64,000 bases of DNA from an uncultured bacterium (GCA_963732385.1 CAVSZB010000006.1:1-64000); one strand, 5' to 3'. Shown: positions 29,177-39,889, numbered from the stretch's first letter. The notes: generated from the letters alone by a model not told the origin. Numbers and translations are program-made.

Positions 29177-30139
29177 GTGTCCGCCGCCGTCGAAATCCAC
29201 GGACTGACGAAGAAATTCGGGAGCTTCACCGCCCTCGCCGACCTCACGCTGACCGTGGCGCGGGGCGAGGTGTTCGGGTTCCTGGGCAGCAACGGCGCCG
29301 GCAAGACGACCGCCATCCGCGTGATGTGCGGCCTGCTGCGCCCCACGTCGGGCGAGGCCCGGGTGCTCGACGTGGATGTCGTGGCCGATCCCGAGGCGGT
29401 GAAGCGGCGCCTCGGCTACATGAGCCAGCGCTTCAGCCTCTACGAGGATCTGAGCGTCAGCCAGAACCTGCGTTTCTACGGCGGCGTGTACGGCCTGCGC
29501 GGCGAGGCGTGGCGGGAGCGCGAGGCGTGGGCGCTGGAGATGGCCGACCTGCGTGGCAAGGAGAACCTGGTCACGGGGTCGTTGCCGGGCGGCTGGAAGC
29601 AGCGCCTCGCCCTGGCCTGCGCGGTCATGCACCGGCCGGAAATACTGTTCCTCGATGAGCCGACGAGCGGCGTCGATCCGCTGTCGCGTCGCCGATTCTG
29701 GCGGCTCATCAAGGAGATGGCGGCGGAGGGGGTGACTGTCTTCGTCACCACCCACTATCTCGACGAGGCGGAGCAGTGCGACCGTCTCGCCCTGATGCAC
29801 GCGGGCCGTCTGGTGGCGCTCGGCACGGTGGCAGAACTGAAGGCGGTGTTCGTCGGCGCCACGATGCTGGAGGTGTCGTGCCCTCGCACCGTGGAGGCGC
29901 TGGAGGCGCTGGGCGGCCAGCCGTGGGCGCGCGAGACGGCGGTGTTCGGCAATCGCGTGCACGTCCTCGTGGACGACGGGGAAGAGGGGCGCCGGCGGGT
30001 GCGGACCCTGCTCGAGGGGGCCGGCAACGGGCCGGTCACGGTCGAGCCGATCGCGCCGTCGCTCGAGCACGTCTTCATCCACCACGTCGAACGGGCGGAC
30101 AGCCTCGCGGCGGCGGCGGAGCGGGGGGGCGCGGCGTGA
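29177..30139 (+). CDS. ABC transporter ATP-binding protein
   Basis: GSNGAGKTT, LPGGWKQR, LDEPTSGVDP, TTHYLDEAE. Confidence 0.95.
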   Translation: MSAAVEIHGLTKKFGSFTALADLTLTVARGEVFGFLGSNGAGKTTAIRVMCGLLRPTSGEARVLDVDVVADPEAVKRRLGYMSQRFSLYEDLSVSQNLRFYGGVYGLRGEAWREREAWALEMADLRGKENLVTGSLPGGWKQRLALACAVMHRPEILFLDEPTSGVDPLSRRRFWRLIKEMAAEGVTVFVTTHYLDEAEQCDRLALMHAGRLVALGTVAELKAVFVGATMLEVSCPRTVEALEALGGQPWARETAVFGNRVHVLVDDGEEGRRRVRTLLEGAGNGPVTVEPIAPSLEHVFIHHVERADSLAAAAERGGAA

Positions 30140-31257
30140 GGAAACTGCGCGCGATCGCCCTGAAGGAACTGAAGCAGGTGCTGCGCGACCCGCTGTCGCT
30201 CACCATGTTGCTCGGCCTGCCGGCGTTCATGCTCATCCTGTACGGCTACGCGATCAGCTTCGATGTCGAGCACGTGCCGCTCGCCGTGCAGGACCGCTCG
30301 CCGGGGGCGGCCGGCCGCGCCGTGGTCGACGCGCTCGTCACTTCCCGCCAGTTCGATGTGGTGGCGGTTCTGCCGGTCGACGCCGATCTGGCGCAGGTGT
30401 TCACGCGGCGCCTGGCACGGGCGGTCCTGGTCGTGCCGGAGGCGTTCGGACGCGATCTGGCGGCGGGTCGCGAGGCGCGGGTGCAGCTGCTGGTCGATGG
30501 CACCGACGCCAATACCGCCTCCGCCCTGCTGGCGAACCTGAACGCCACCCTGGCGCAGCTCAACGCGACTGTACGGACCGCAGCGCTCGGCCTGCCGGGC
30601 GGTGGCGAGGTCGGTATCGCGTTCGCGCCGCGCGTCTGGTACAACCCCGAGCTGCGCTCCAGCCACTTCCTCGTGCCGGGCCTGATCGGCTTCATCATGA
30701 TGCTGACGGCGGTGTTGTCGACCGCGTTGTCGGTCGTGCGCGAGAAGGAGCGCGGCACCATGGAGCAGTTGCGCGTGGCGCCGCTGCGCGCGGCGCACCT
30801 GATCGTCGGCAAGACGCTGCCCTATCTCGGCATCTCGCTGCTGGCGACCGTCATCATCCTGGCGGCCGCGCGGCTGTTGTTCGGGGTGGAGGTGCGGGGA
30901 TCGTACTTCGACCTGCTCATCGCCACGCTCATCTACCTGTTCGGCGCGCTCGGGTGGGGATTGCTGGTGTCCACCCTGGCCGATTCGCAGGCGGCCGCCT
31001 TCCAGATCGGCATCATCACCTCAATGCTGCCGGCGATGTTCCTGTCGGGCTTCATCTTCCCGATCCGCAACATGCCGCCAGCGCTCGAATTCGTGTCGCA
31101 CGTCGTGCCGGCGCGCTACTACCTGGTCGTGCTGCGGGGCATCATCCTGAAGGGGGCGGGGCTCGGTCCATACTGGCAGCAGATGGTCGGCCTGTGTGTC
31201 TATGCGGTGGTCGTGCTGGGGCTCGCCTCGGCGCGGCTGTCCCGCCGGGAGGCATGA
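30136..31257 (+). CDS. ABC-2 permease (YbhS-like)
   Basis: KELKQVLRD, WYNPEL, REKERGTMEQL, LSGFIFPI. Confidence 0.93.
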   Translation: MRKLRAIALKELKQVLRDPLSLTMLLGLPAFMLILYGYAISFDVEHVPLAVQDRSPGAAGRAVVDALVTSRQFDVVAVLPVDADLAQVFTRRLARAVLVVPEAFGRDLAAGREARVQLLVDGTDANTASALLANLNATLAQLNATVRTAALGLPGGGEVGIAFAPRVWYNPELRSSHFLVPGLIGFIMMLTAVLSTALSVVREKERGTMEQLRVAPLRAAHLIVGKTLPYLGISLLATVIILAAARLLFGVEVRGSYFDLLIATLIYLFGALGWGLLVSTLADSQAAAFQIGIITSMLPAMFLSGFIFPIRNMPPALEFVSHVVPARYYLVVLRGIILKGAGLGPYWQQMVGLCVYAVVVLGLASARLSRREA

Positions 31258-32423
31258 CCGTGCAAATTTTGCTGCGGATCATCATCAAGGAGTTCCAGCA
31301 ACTGCGGCGCGACCGCCGGATGGTGCCGATGGTCCTGGTGGCGCCTCTGGTGCAGTTGATCGCCCTGGGCTTCGCCGCCAACCGCGACGTGCGCGACGTG
31401 CCGCTGCTGCTGGTGGACCAGGATCGCACCGCCGAGAGCCGCGATCTGGTCGACCGTTTCACCGCCTCCGGGCACTTCGTGCTGGTGGGGGAGGAGCCGG
31501 CCGCCGCGGGGATCGACCGCTGGCTGGAGGCGGGGCGGGCCGATGTGGCGCTGGTCATCGGCGCCGGCTTCGGCGATGACGTGGCGGCCGGGCGCGCGCC
31601 GCGGGTGCAGGCGATCGCCGACGGCAGCGACGCCGCATCGGCCACGGTCGGACTTGGCTACGCGGCCGCCATCGTGGCGGCGCGGGGGGCCGAACTGGCG
31701 CAGGAGCGCCCGGTGAAGCTGGCGCGCGAGGCGGCGGCGCGCGGGCGTCCGCTGCTGGCCGCGCCCCGACCGCCGGGGCGAATCACGGCGGAGCCGCGGG
31801 TGTGGTACAACCCCGACCTGAAGAGCCGCTGGTTCTACATTCCGGCCGTGCTCGCCATGGTGCTGATGGTCATGACGATGATCCTCTCTTCGATGGCCGT
31901 GGCGCGGGAGAAGGAGATCGGCACCATCGAGCAGATCAGCGTCACGCCGATCCGGTCGTGGCAGTTCATCGCCGGCAAACTGCTGCCGTTCTACGCCATC
32001 GGCTTCATCGACACCCTGCTGGTCTGCGGCGTGATGACGCTCGGGTTCGGGGTGCCGATGCGCGGGTCGTTTCCGCTGCTGGTGCTGCTGACCATGGTGT
32101 TCCTGCTCACGACGCTCGGCCTCGGCCTGATGGTGTCGTCGTTTGCGCGCACGCAGCAGCAGGCGATGATGAGCTCGTCGTTCATGCTGATGGTGCCGAT
32201 GATCTACCTGTCGGGGCTGATGTTCCCGATCGAGAACATGCCGCGGGCCATCCAGCTGGTCACCTACGCGGTGCCGCTGCGCTATTACGCCATCATCCTG
32301 CGCGGCGTTCTCCTGCAGGGGGCCGGTCTGGCGGACCTGTGGCGGGAGTCGCTCATCCTGTTGCTGTTCGGCGTCGGCGTGCTCGGCATCGCCTCGGCGC
32401 GCTTCCGCAAGCGGCTGGACTGA
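31254..32423 (+). CDS. ABC-2 permease (YbhR-like)
   Basis: KEFQQLRRD, WYNPDL, REKEIGTIEQ, FRKRLD. Confidence 0.93.
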   Translation: MTVQILLRIIIKEFQQLRRDRRMVPMVLVAPLVQLIALGFAANRDVRDVPLLLVDQDRTAESRDLVDRFTASGHFVLVGEEPAAAGIDRWLEAGRADVALVIGAGFGDDVAAGRAPRVQAIADGSDAASATVGLGYAAAIVAARGAELAQERPVKLAREAAARGRPLLAAPRPPGRITAEPRVWYNPDLKSRWFYIPAVLAMVLMVMTMILSSMAVAREKEIGTIEQISVTPIRSWQFIAGKLLPFYAIGFIDTLLVCGVMTLGFGVPMRGSFPLLVLLTMVFLLTTLGLGLMVSSFARTQQQAMMSSSFMLMVPMIYLSGLMFPIENMPRAIQLVTYAVPLRYYAIILRGVLLQGAGLADLWRESLILLLFGVGVLGIASARFRKRLD

Positions 32424-32537
32424 GACGCGCCGGGGCGAACCGGCGGCCCGCAATAATATCGCTTCACCCGAGGGACCGCGACGGCGATAATCCGGGGGGC
32501 GATCCTGCCCGAAATTCCCCTGGCGAAGCCGGAGACC

Positions 32538-33002
32538 ATGAAGGCCGAGTACATCAACCCGTTCCTCGAGAGCGTCGAGTTGCTGTTCACCAACATGCTC
32601 GGTTGCGCGGCCACGCGGGGGCAGCTTGGCACTTCGCGCGGATCGACCACCCGCCATGAAGTGACGGCCATCATCGGCATGAGCGGTCCGGCGCGCGGCA
32701 CGGTCTCGATCTCCTTCCCGGCCGCCACCGCCGCCGCCATGGTGGGGCGCCTGATGGGCGCCGATGCCGTGGAGAGCGACGAGATTCTCATCGACGGGGT
32801 GTCGGAACTGGTCAACATCGTGGCGGGCGGCGCCAAATCGAAGCTCTCCGCCGACACCGGCACGGTCATCGACCTGAGCCTGCCCACGGTGATCCGCGGC
32901 AAGGATTTCCAGTTCCAGGGCCCCTCGCAGGCGGTCTGGCTCGACATTCCGTTCGCCTCGGAACTGGGCGAATTCTGCGTACGGGTGACGTTCGCGCAGT
33001 AG
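32538..33002 (+). CDS. cheX: CheX-family phosphatase
   Basis: MKAEYINPF, IIGMSG…G, ELVNIVAG (ExxN), LSLPTVIRG. Confidence 0.88.
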   Translation: MKAEYINPFLESVELLFTNMLGCAATRGQLGTSRGSTTRHEVTAIIGMSGPARGTVSISFPAATAAAMVGRLMGADAVESDEILIDGVSELVNIVAGGAKSKLSADTGTVIDLSLPTVIRGKDFQFQGPSQAVWLDIPFASELGEFCVRVTFAQ

Positions 33003-33023
33003 CAGGACGCGCGTCGAGGCTGT

Positions 33024-33977
33024 TCAGTCGCGCCAGGGCAGCCGCGACAGTTCCACGTTGCCTCCCGACAGGATGATGCCGATCCGCCGGCCGGCCAGGT
33101 CGGCGGTCCCCTCCCGCAGCGCGGCCAGCGCCACGGCGGACGACGGCTCCACGACCAGCTTCATCCGTTCCCAGATCAGGCGCATGGCCGCCGCGATCTC
33201 CTCCTCGCTCACCGTGACGATCCGCTCGACGCGTCGCCGGATGATGGCGAAGGTCAGGTCGCCGAGCGAAGTGAGCAGACCGTCGGCCATGGTGCGGGGA
33301 TCGACCGACGGCACGATACGTCCCTCCCGCAGCGAGCGGCAGGCGTCGTCGGCGCCGGCCGGTTCGGCGCCGAGGATCCGCGTGCGCGAGGCCGTTCCCT
33401 CCGCCGCCAGCGCCGTCCCGCTCAGCAGTCCGCCGCCGCCCACCGGCGCCACGAGCAGGTCGAGATCGGGCACCTCGGCGAGCAGTTCGAGCGCGGCGGT
33501 GCCCTGGCCGGCGATGACCCGCGGGTCGTTGTAGGGATGGACGAAGGCGGCGCCCGTTTCCGCCACCACTTCCGCCAGCGTCGCCTCGCGCGCCGCGAGG
33601 GTGGGCGCGCAGAAGCGGATGATTCCGCCGTAGCCGGCCACCGCCTCCCGCTTCACGTTCGGCGCGTTGTCCGGCATCACGATGTACGCCGGCGCGCCGC
33701 GCAGGCGCGCCGCCAGCGCCAGCGCCGCGGCGTGGTTGCCGGAGGAGTGGGTGGCCACGCCGGCGCGCCACGCGGCATCCGGCAGCGCCATCACGGCGTT
33801 GCAGGCGCCGCGGAACTTGAAGGCGCCCACCTTCTGAAAATTCTCGCACTTGAAGAACAGCCGGGCGCCGACGAGCCGGTCGAGCGTGGCGCAGGTGAAG
33901 ACCGGCGTGAGGTGCGCAAACGGGCGGATCCGCTCGGCGGCCTCCAGAACGTCGGCGTGGACGGGGGGTGGGCACAT
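33024..33977 (-). CDS. PLP-dependent Ser/Thr dehydratase / serine racemase family
   Basis: KCENFQKVGAFKFRGA, SSGNHA, PVGGGGL, EPSSA, SGGN. Confidence 0.93.
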   Translation of the reverse strand: MCPPPVHADVLEAAERIRPFAHLTPVFTCATLDRLVGARLFFKCENFQKVGAFKFRGACNAVMALPDAAWRAGVATHSSGNHAAALALAARLRGAPAYIVMPDNAPNVKREAVAGYGGIIRFCAPTLAAREATLAEVVAETGAAFVHPYNDPRVIAGQGTAALELLAEVPDLDLLVAPVGGGGLLSGTALAAEGTASRTRILGAEPAGADDACRSLREGRIVPSVDPRTMADGLLTSLGDLTFAIIRRRVERIVTVSEEEIAAAMRLIWERMKLVVEPSSAVALAALREGTADLAGRRIGIILSGGNVELSRLPWRD

Positions 33978-34079
33978 GGGATCGACTCCGGGAAAGAGGA
34001 GGGCAGCATGGCCTGCGGATGCTAGGATAGCCGGCGCGACGCCTCCCGTCATGTCCAACGGCGCGTCGCCGGGGGGATG

Positions 34080-36083
34080 ATGCCGGAACTGCCCATCCTG
34101 CGGGATCTTGTCGCGGTGCTGGCGGTCTCTTTGGCCGTCGTTTTCGCGCTGCGTCGGGTGCGCGTGCCGACGGTCGCCGCCCTGCTGCTGGCCGGCGTGC
34201 TGCTGGGGCCGGGGGGGCTCGGACTGGTGCGTGACCGCCACAGTCTCGAGACCGTGGCCGAGGTCGGCGTGGCGCTGCTGCTGTTCACGATCGGCCTGAA
34301 ACTGTCCCTGCGGGACCTGCTCGCCCTGCGCGGTCTGGTGTTCGGCGCCGGAGGGCTGCAGGTCGCCCTGAGCGTGGCCGCCGGCGCTGTTGCGGCGGTG
34401 ATGAGCGGCTATCCGTCCGGGCAGGCCATCTTCTTCGGCTGTCTGCTGGCCATGAGTTCCACCGCCATCGTGCTGCGCCTGCTCGACGAGCGGGGCGAGA
34501 CCGGCGCGCCGCACGGGCGCTTCGCCCTGAGCGTGCTGGTCTTCCAGGACCTTGCGGTGGTGCCGATGATGCTGGCCCTGCCTCTGCTGGCCGGGACGGC
34601 GGGCGCGAGCTGGGGTCGCGCCGCGACGACGGTGCTCGGCTCGCTGGCGATGGTGGCCGGCATCGTCGTCTGCGCGCGCTTCCTCTTCCCGCGTTTTCTC
34701 GGCCTGATCGTGCGGGCCCGCAGCCGGGAACTGTTCACGCTGGCCACGCTGCTGGTGGTGCTCGGCACCGCCTGGCTCGGCAGCCGGGTGGGCGTATCGC
34801 TGGCCCTGGGCGCGTTCCTGGCCGGCCTGGTCGTGGCCGATTCCGACTACGCGCAGCAGATGCTGGCGGAGATGGTGCCGCTGCGGGATGCGTTCGGCAG
34901 CCTGTTCTTCGTGTCGGTCGGCATGTTGCTGGATCCCTCGCTCTGGTGGCGCGAACCGTTGGCCACGGCAGGGTTGGGTGTGGCCGTCGTTTTGGGCAAG
35001 GCGGCGATCGTCGGGGCGGCGGCGCTGGCTTTCGGGCTCGGGCCGCGCGTGGCGGTGCTGGCCGGGCTCGGCCTGGCGCAGATCGGCGAGTTCTCGTTCA
35101 TCCTGGCGCGCGCCGGCGCGGGGCACGGGCTGATCGGGGGGGAGATCTACCAGCGCTTCCTCGCCGTCTCGGTGCTGTCGATGGTGACGACGCCGTTCGC
35201 GGCGCTGCTGGCCGCGCGGCTCGCGCCGGGTATCGACCGGGTCGGCTGGCTGCGCGCGCTGGTGGCGCGCGGCGACCGGACGTTCCGCCTCGGCGGAACC
35301 CGGTTCGGGGAGGCGGTCGCCGCGGTGACCGATCATGTCGTGGTGGTCGGCTACGGGGTGAACGGCCGCAACGTGGCGCGCGTGCTCCGCCGGCTCGAAG
35401 TGCCGTGCGTGGTGCTGGAACTGAACCCGGTCGGCGTGCGGACCGCACGCGCCGCCGGCGAGACGGCGCTCTACGGCGATGCCACGAGCGTCGACGTGCT
35501 CGCGCGGGCCGGCATCGAGCGGGCGCGCGTGCTCGTGGTGGCGATCGCCGACGCCCCCTCCTCCCGCCAGGTGGTGGCGGTGGCGCGCCGTGCGGCGCCG
35601 CGCCTGAAGATCCTGGTCCGGACGCGCTACCTCGGCGAGGTCGAGCCGCTCTACCGTCTCGGCGCGGACGAGGTCGTGCCGGAGGAGTTCGAGACGTCGC
35701 TCGAACTGGCCGGCGCCGCCATGTCCGCCTACGGCGCCCCCTCGCGGGTGATCGAGCGGGAGAAGGCGCGGATCCGCGAGGAGCGCTACGATCTGCTCTC
35801 CGCCGGCGGTCGCGTGATCCGCCCGCAGGCGTCGCTCTTTTCGCTGCTCGGCGCGGCCGACCTGTCGGAGGTGGCGGTGTCGGCCGGCGGTCCCGCCGAC
35901 GGCATCACGCTGCGGGCGCTCGACCTGCGCGGGCGGGCCGGCGCTTCCGTGGTGGCGATCGAACGGGAGGGGGCGGTCACCGGCAATCCGGCGCCCGACG
36001 ATCGTCTGGCGGCCGGAGACGTGGTCTACCTGTGGGGACAGCCGGAGCAGGTCGCGGCGGCGCGGGCGCTACTTGCGCCGTGA
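34080..36083 (+). CDS. CPA2 cation:proton antiporter with TrkA-N and TrkA-C domains (Kef-like)
   Basis: SSTAIV, FQDL, LAQIGEFSF, VGYGVNG Rossmann motif, C-terminal RCK_C; ATG at 34077 or 34080. Confidence 0.93.
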   Translation: MPELPILRDLVAVLAVSLAVVFALRRVRVPTVAALLLAGVLLGPGGLGLVRDRHSLETVAEVGVALLLFTIGLKLSLRDLLALRGLVFGAGGLQVALSVAAGAVAAVMSGYPSGQAIFFGCLLAMSSTAIVLRLLDERGETGAPHGRFALSVLVFQDLAVVPMMLALPLLAGTAGASWGRAATTVLGSLAMVAGIVVCARFLFPRFLGLIVRARSRELFTLATLLVVLGTAWLGSRVGVSLALGAFLAGLVVADSDYAQQMLAEMVPLRDAFGSLFFVSVGMLLDPSLWWREPLATAGLGVAVVLGKAAIVGAAALAFGLGPRVAVLAGLGLAQIGEFSFILARAGAGHGLIGGEIYQRFLAVSVLSMVTTPFAALLAARLAPGIDRVGWLRALVARGDRTFRLGGTRFGEAVAAVTDHVVVVGYGVNGRNVARVLRRLEVPCVVLELNPVGVRTARAAGETALYGDATSVDVLARAGIERARVLVVAIADAPSSRQVVAVARRAAPRLKILVRTRYLGEVEPLYRLGADEVVPEEFETSLELAGAAMSAYGAPSRVIEREKARIREERYDLLSAGGRVIRPQASLFSLLGAADLSEVAVSAGGPADGITLRALDLRGRAGASVVAIEREGAVTGNPAPDDRLAAGDVVYLWGQPEQVAAARALLAP

Positions 36084-37025
36084 GGTATAGAGCGAAGCGC
36101 CGATGCCGGCTGCGATCAGCGCCGCGATGACGATCAGCGACACGTGGTTCGGGATCGGCCAGCGGTGGGACACGAGCATCTTCACGCCGATGTAGGCCAG
36201 CATCGCGACCAGGGCGTGCCTCAGGTAGTGGAAGCGATCGTGCAGGCTCGCGAGCACGAAGTACAGCGTGCGCAGACCGAGGATCGCGAAGACGTTCGAG
36301 GTGAAAACGATGAAGGGGTCGCGCGTCACCGCGAAAATGGCCGGGATCGAGTCCACCGCGAACACCACGTCGGAGCTCTCCACGATCATCAACGCCACGA
36401 ACATCGGCGTCAGCGCACGGCGGCCCTGCCTAATGGTGAAGAAATTGTGGCCGTCGAGCTCGGATGTCACCGGATAGAAACGACGCGCCAGACGCACGAA
36501 CGGGTTGCGGTCGGGGTGGATCTCTTCATGATCCGTCAGCATCATCTTGACGGCGGTGGCGAGCAGGATGCCGCCGAAGACGTAGGTCACCCACTCGAAG
36601 CGCGCGATCAGCGCGGCGCCGAGCCCGATCATCACGCCGCGCAGCACGAGCGCGCCGAGGATGCCCCAGAACAGCACCCGGTGCTGGTACTTCAGCGGAA
36701 TGCCGAAATAGGCGAACACGAGCGCGATCACGAAGACGTTGTCGAGCGAGAGCGATTTCTCGATCAGGTAGCCGGTCAAAAACTGCAGCGCCGCCTCCCG
36801 TCCGGTGGCGAGCAGGTGTTCGCCGGCGCCGAAGCCGAGCCAGTGGTGCTCGTAGAGGAAGTAGACGAAGACGTTGAAGGCGAGGGCCGCGGCAATGTAG
36901 CCGGCCGACCAGAGGAGTGCTTCGCGGATTCCGATCACCCGGTCCCGGCGGTGGAAGATGCCGAGGTCCAGGGCCAGGATGCCGGCCACCAGCAGCAGGA
37001 AACCGATCCAGACGAGTGTCGCCAC
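36069..37025 (-). CDS. TerC/Alx-family membrane protein
   Basis: EKSLSLDNVFV, QHRVLFWGILGA, DVVFAVDSIPA, SNVFAILGLR; GTG 37025 after GGAAAGGA. Confidence 0.93.
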   Translation of the reverse strand: MATLVWIGFLLLVAGILALDLGIFHRRDRVIGIREALLWSAGYIAAALAFNVFVYFLYEHHWLGFGAGEHLLATGREAALQFLTGYLIEKSLSLDNVFVIALVFAYFGIPLKYQHRVLFWGILGALVLRGVMIGLGAALIARFEWVTYVFGGILLATAVKMMLTDHEEIHPDRNPFVRLARRFYPVTSELDGHNFFTIRQGRRALTPMFVALMIVESSDVVFAVDSIPAIFAVTRDPFIVFTSNVFAILGLRTLYFVLASLHDRFHYLRHALVAMLAYIGVKMLVSHRWPIPNHVSLIVIAALIAAGIGASLYTSRRK

Positions 37026-37385
37026 GCGGTCCTTTCCATGGCCGGGTCGGCCGGCAACGACTAAGATAGGACATTTCAAGGTGGTTGCAACGAGCGCCTT
37101 GTCGGCGGGGGCGGGCCGGATCCTTCTTGCAGGGCCGCTGGTTTTGGCGGTACAATCCCTGTATGGGGTTTTGGAAACGGCGGTCCTGTCCTGAGGGGGC
37201 CGCCGCTTTTTCATGCCAGGCGTGCCGAGAGGGGGGATGGGCAGACGCGCCGCCGCGTGCTACGTTCCGCCCGCCGGACTCGGCGGTCGCTCACGCAATT
37301 CTCATCGGGTGCTCATATTGCCGCCACGCCTCCGGAATACCGTTGCCGGACCGCCTCCTTCGGGCGGGAAGGGAGCGTGAGGCGC

Positions 37386-38075
37386 ATGAATCGCGAAACC
37401 ATCCTGGTGATCGAGGATGAAGGCGACATCCTCGATCTGATCACGGTCAACCTGACTCGCGAAGGCTTTCGCGTGTTAGGTGCCGCGTCCGGCGAGGAGG
37501 GACTCGCGCTTGCGCGCGAGGAGGCGCCCGATCTGATCGTGCTCGACCTAATGCTGCCCGGCCTGGACGGCCTGCAGGTTTGCCGGGCGTTGCGCGCCGA
37601 TCCCAGCACGCGCGCGCTGCCGGTGCTGATCCTCACGGCGCGGGGCGAGGAGGCCGACATCGTGGCCGGCCTCGAGACCGGCGCCGACGACTACGTGACC
37701 AAGCCGTTCAGCCCGAAAGTGCTCGTCGCGCGCGTGCGCTCGGTGATGCGCCGGCGCGTCGCGGCCCCCGGGGTCGAGGGAGACGTTCTGCGGGTGCGCG
37801 ACCTGGTCATCCACCCCGGACGCCACGCCGTGCTGGCCGGCGAGCGGCCGATCGACCTCACTGCCACCGAGTTCCGCCTGTTGCACTTCCTGGCCCGCCG
37901 TCCCGGCTGGGTCTTCACGCGAAACCAGATCGTGCAGGCGGTGCGCGGCGACGGCTACCCGGTGACCGAACGCTCGGTCGATGTCCAGATCTACGGCCTG
38001 CGCCGCAAACTGGGCGAGGCGGACGATTACGTGGAGACCGTGCGCGGCGTCGGCTACCGCTTCAAGGACGATTGA
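37386..38075 (+). CDS. phoB: PhoB/PhoP response regulator
   Basis: Receiver DLMLP, GADDYVTKPF, winged helix ETVRGVGYRF; adjacent to the pst operon. Confidence 0.85.
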   Translation: MNRETILVIEDEGDILDLITVNLTREGFRVLGAASGEEGLALAREEAPDLIVLDLMLPGLDGLQVCRALRADPSTRALPVLILTARGEEADIVAGLETGADDYVTKPFSPKVLVARVRSVMRRRVAAPGVEGDVLRVRDLVIHPGRHAVLAGERPIDLTATEFRLLHFLARRPGWVFTRNQIVQAVRGDGYPVTERSVDVQIYGLRRKLGEADDYVETVRGVGYRFKDD

Positions 38076-39862
38076 TGCGCCGGCGAAACCTCTTCTGGCA
38101 CCTCTTTCCCGCCTGCCTGGCCCTCTCGCTCGCGGCGCTGCTCGCCTGCGGCGCCGTCGCCTCCTGGCACTACCGCCGCGCGGCGCTGGCCGCCGCCACC
38201 TCCGGACTCGAGACGGAGGCGCGACGGCTAGAGTCGCGGCTGGCGGGACGCCTCGCGCCCGAGCAGGCGGCGTTCGTGGACAGTCTCTGCAAGGCGCTCG
38301 GTCGCGGCGTGCCGCTGCGCCTGACCGTGATTCTGCCCGACGGCGTGGTGCTGGGCGATTCGGAGGAGGATCCCCGCGTCATGGCCGGACATGGCGATCG
38401 TCCGGAAATCAGGGCGGCGCTGGCCGGTCGCGTGGGCGTCGCCTCCCGGGCGAGCCCGTCCCAGAGTCGCAACCTGCTCTATGTGGCGGTGCCGTCGCGG
38501 GACCGGCCGGTGAGCGACGGCGTGGCGGGGGCAGTGCGCGCGGCGTTGCCGCTGACCGCCGTGGACGCGCCGGTGCGCGCGTTCGCGCGGCGGATCGCGC
38601 TGCTTTGGCTGCTCGTGGCGGCGCTGGCGGCGTTGACGGCGGCGTGGCTGGCGCGAGGGCTGGCGCGGCCGTTGGCGGTCCTGCGGCAGGGAGTGGAGCG
38701 TCTGGCGGAGGGGCAGCCGGGGGCCCGCACGGCGCGCGCCGGCCCCGACGAGATCGCGGATCTGGCCACGGCCCTGAACCGGATGGCCGCCGCTCTCGAT
38801 GCCCGGCTCGATACGGCCGGCCGGCAGCACAGCGAGCGCGAAGCCGTGCTGGCCAGCATGATGGAGGGGGTGCTGGCGGTCGATGAGCAGGAACGGGTGA
38901 TCGAGCTGAACCAGGCGGCCGCCCGCCTGCTGCGGGTCGAGATCCCACGGACGCTCGGCCGCCCCCTCGGCGAGGTGACCCGCAACGCGGACCTGCGGCG
39001 CTTCGTCAGTGGCGTGCTGACGGCGCGCTCGCCGCAGGAGGGCGAGTTCCGCCTCGACGATCCGGCGCGCGCCGGCAGCGAGCGCGTCATGCAGGCGCAT
39101 GGTACCGTGCTGCGCGACGAAACGGGACGCGGCATCGGCGCCCTGGTCGTTTTCAATGACGTTACGCGGTTGCGCCGGCTGGAGATCGTGCGACGGGAGT
39201 TCGTGGCCAATGTATCGCACGAATTGAAGACGCCCATCACCGCGATCAAGGGTTTCCTGGAAACCCTGCTCGAGGGGGGGGCGAAGGATCGCGGGGAGAC
39301 GTTGCGCTTCCTGGAGGTCGTGGCCCGGCAGGCCGATCGGCTCAACGCCATCATCGAGGATCTGCTGACGCTCTCACGGCTCGAACAGGAGGAGGCGGGA
39401 GCGCAGGTCGAACTTGCGGTTACGGCTGTGCAGGGCTCGCTGCAGACGGCCCTGCAGGCGTGCGAGCCGCTTGCCCGCGAGCGGGGGATTCCTCTCACGC
39501 TCGACTGCGCGCCCGACCTGGTCGTGCGTCTCAATGGCGCCCTGCTCGAACAGGCGGTCATCAATCTCGTCAACAACGCACTCAAGTACAGCGAGGCGGG
39601 TCACCCTGTTGCGGTGTCGGCGGCGCGCTCGGATGCCGGGCTGGAGATCCGCGTGGCGGACGGCGGCTGCGGCATCGCGCGCGAGCACCTGCCGCGGTTG
39701 TTCGAGCGTTTCTACCGCGTGGACCGCGGGCGCAGCCGGCGGCAGGGAGGCACCGGCCTCGGCCTCGCCATCGTGAAGCACATCGTGAAGGTCCATGGCG
39801 GGACCGTCGGGGTGGAGAGCGCCCCGGGCGAAGGCAGCACGTTTACCATCGTAATCCCGTAA
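38075..39862 (+). CDS. phoR: PhoR sensor kinase (HAMP, PAS, HisKA, HATPase)
   Basis: RREFVANVSHELKTP, NALKYS, LFERFYRVD, GGTGLGL. Confidence 0.88.
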   Translation: MRRRNLFWHLFPACLALSLAALLACGAVASWHYRRAALAAATSGLETEARRLESRLAGRLAPEQAAFVDSLCKALGRGVPLRLTVILPDGVVLGDSEEDPRVMAGHGDRPEIRAALAGRVGVASRASPSQSRNLLYVAVPSRDRPVSDGVAGAVRAALPLTAVDAPVRAFARRIALLWLLVAALAALTAAWLARGLARPLAVLRQGVERLAEGQPGARTARAGPDEIADLATALNRMAAALDARLDTAGRQHSEREAVLASMMEGVLAVDEQERVIELNQAAARLLRVEIPRTLGRPLGEVTRNADLRRFVSGVLTARSPQEGEFRLDDPARAGSERVMQAHGTVLRDETGRGIGALVVFNDVTRLRRLEIVRREFVANVSHELKTPITAIKGFLETLLEGGAKDRGETLRFLEVVARQADRLNAIIEDLLTLSRLEQEEAGAQVELAVTAVQGSLQTALQACEPLARERGIPLTLDCAPDLVVRLNGALLEQAVINLVNNALKYSEAGHPVAVSAARSDAGLEIRVADGGCGIAREHLPRLFERFYRVDRGRSRRQGGTGLGLAIVKHIVKVHGGTVGVESAPGEGSTFTIVIP

Positions 39863-39889
39863 AATGTTGTGCTGGAATTATTTAATCTC

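Noticed and set aside
25306..32423. TetR-HlyD-ABC-TolC operon as a novel secretion system
   Set aside because: Matches the common cecR/ybhGFSR-type efflux arrangement, with split ATPases.
33978..35336. 453-aa N-terminal extension of the Ser/Thr dehydratase ORF
   Set aside because: Mostly antisense to the CPA2 antiporter; homology starts at MCPPPVH (33977).
37026..37250. yybP-ykoY manganese riboswitch upstream of the TerC/Alx gene
   Set aside because: No GGGGAGUAG…GAGACC pattern seen; a TTGCAA…TATCTT promoter-like pair lies too close to the start to leave room for it.
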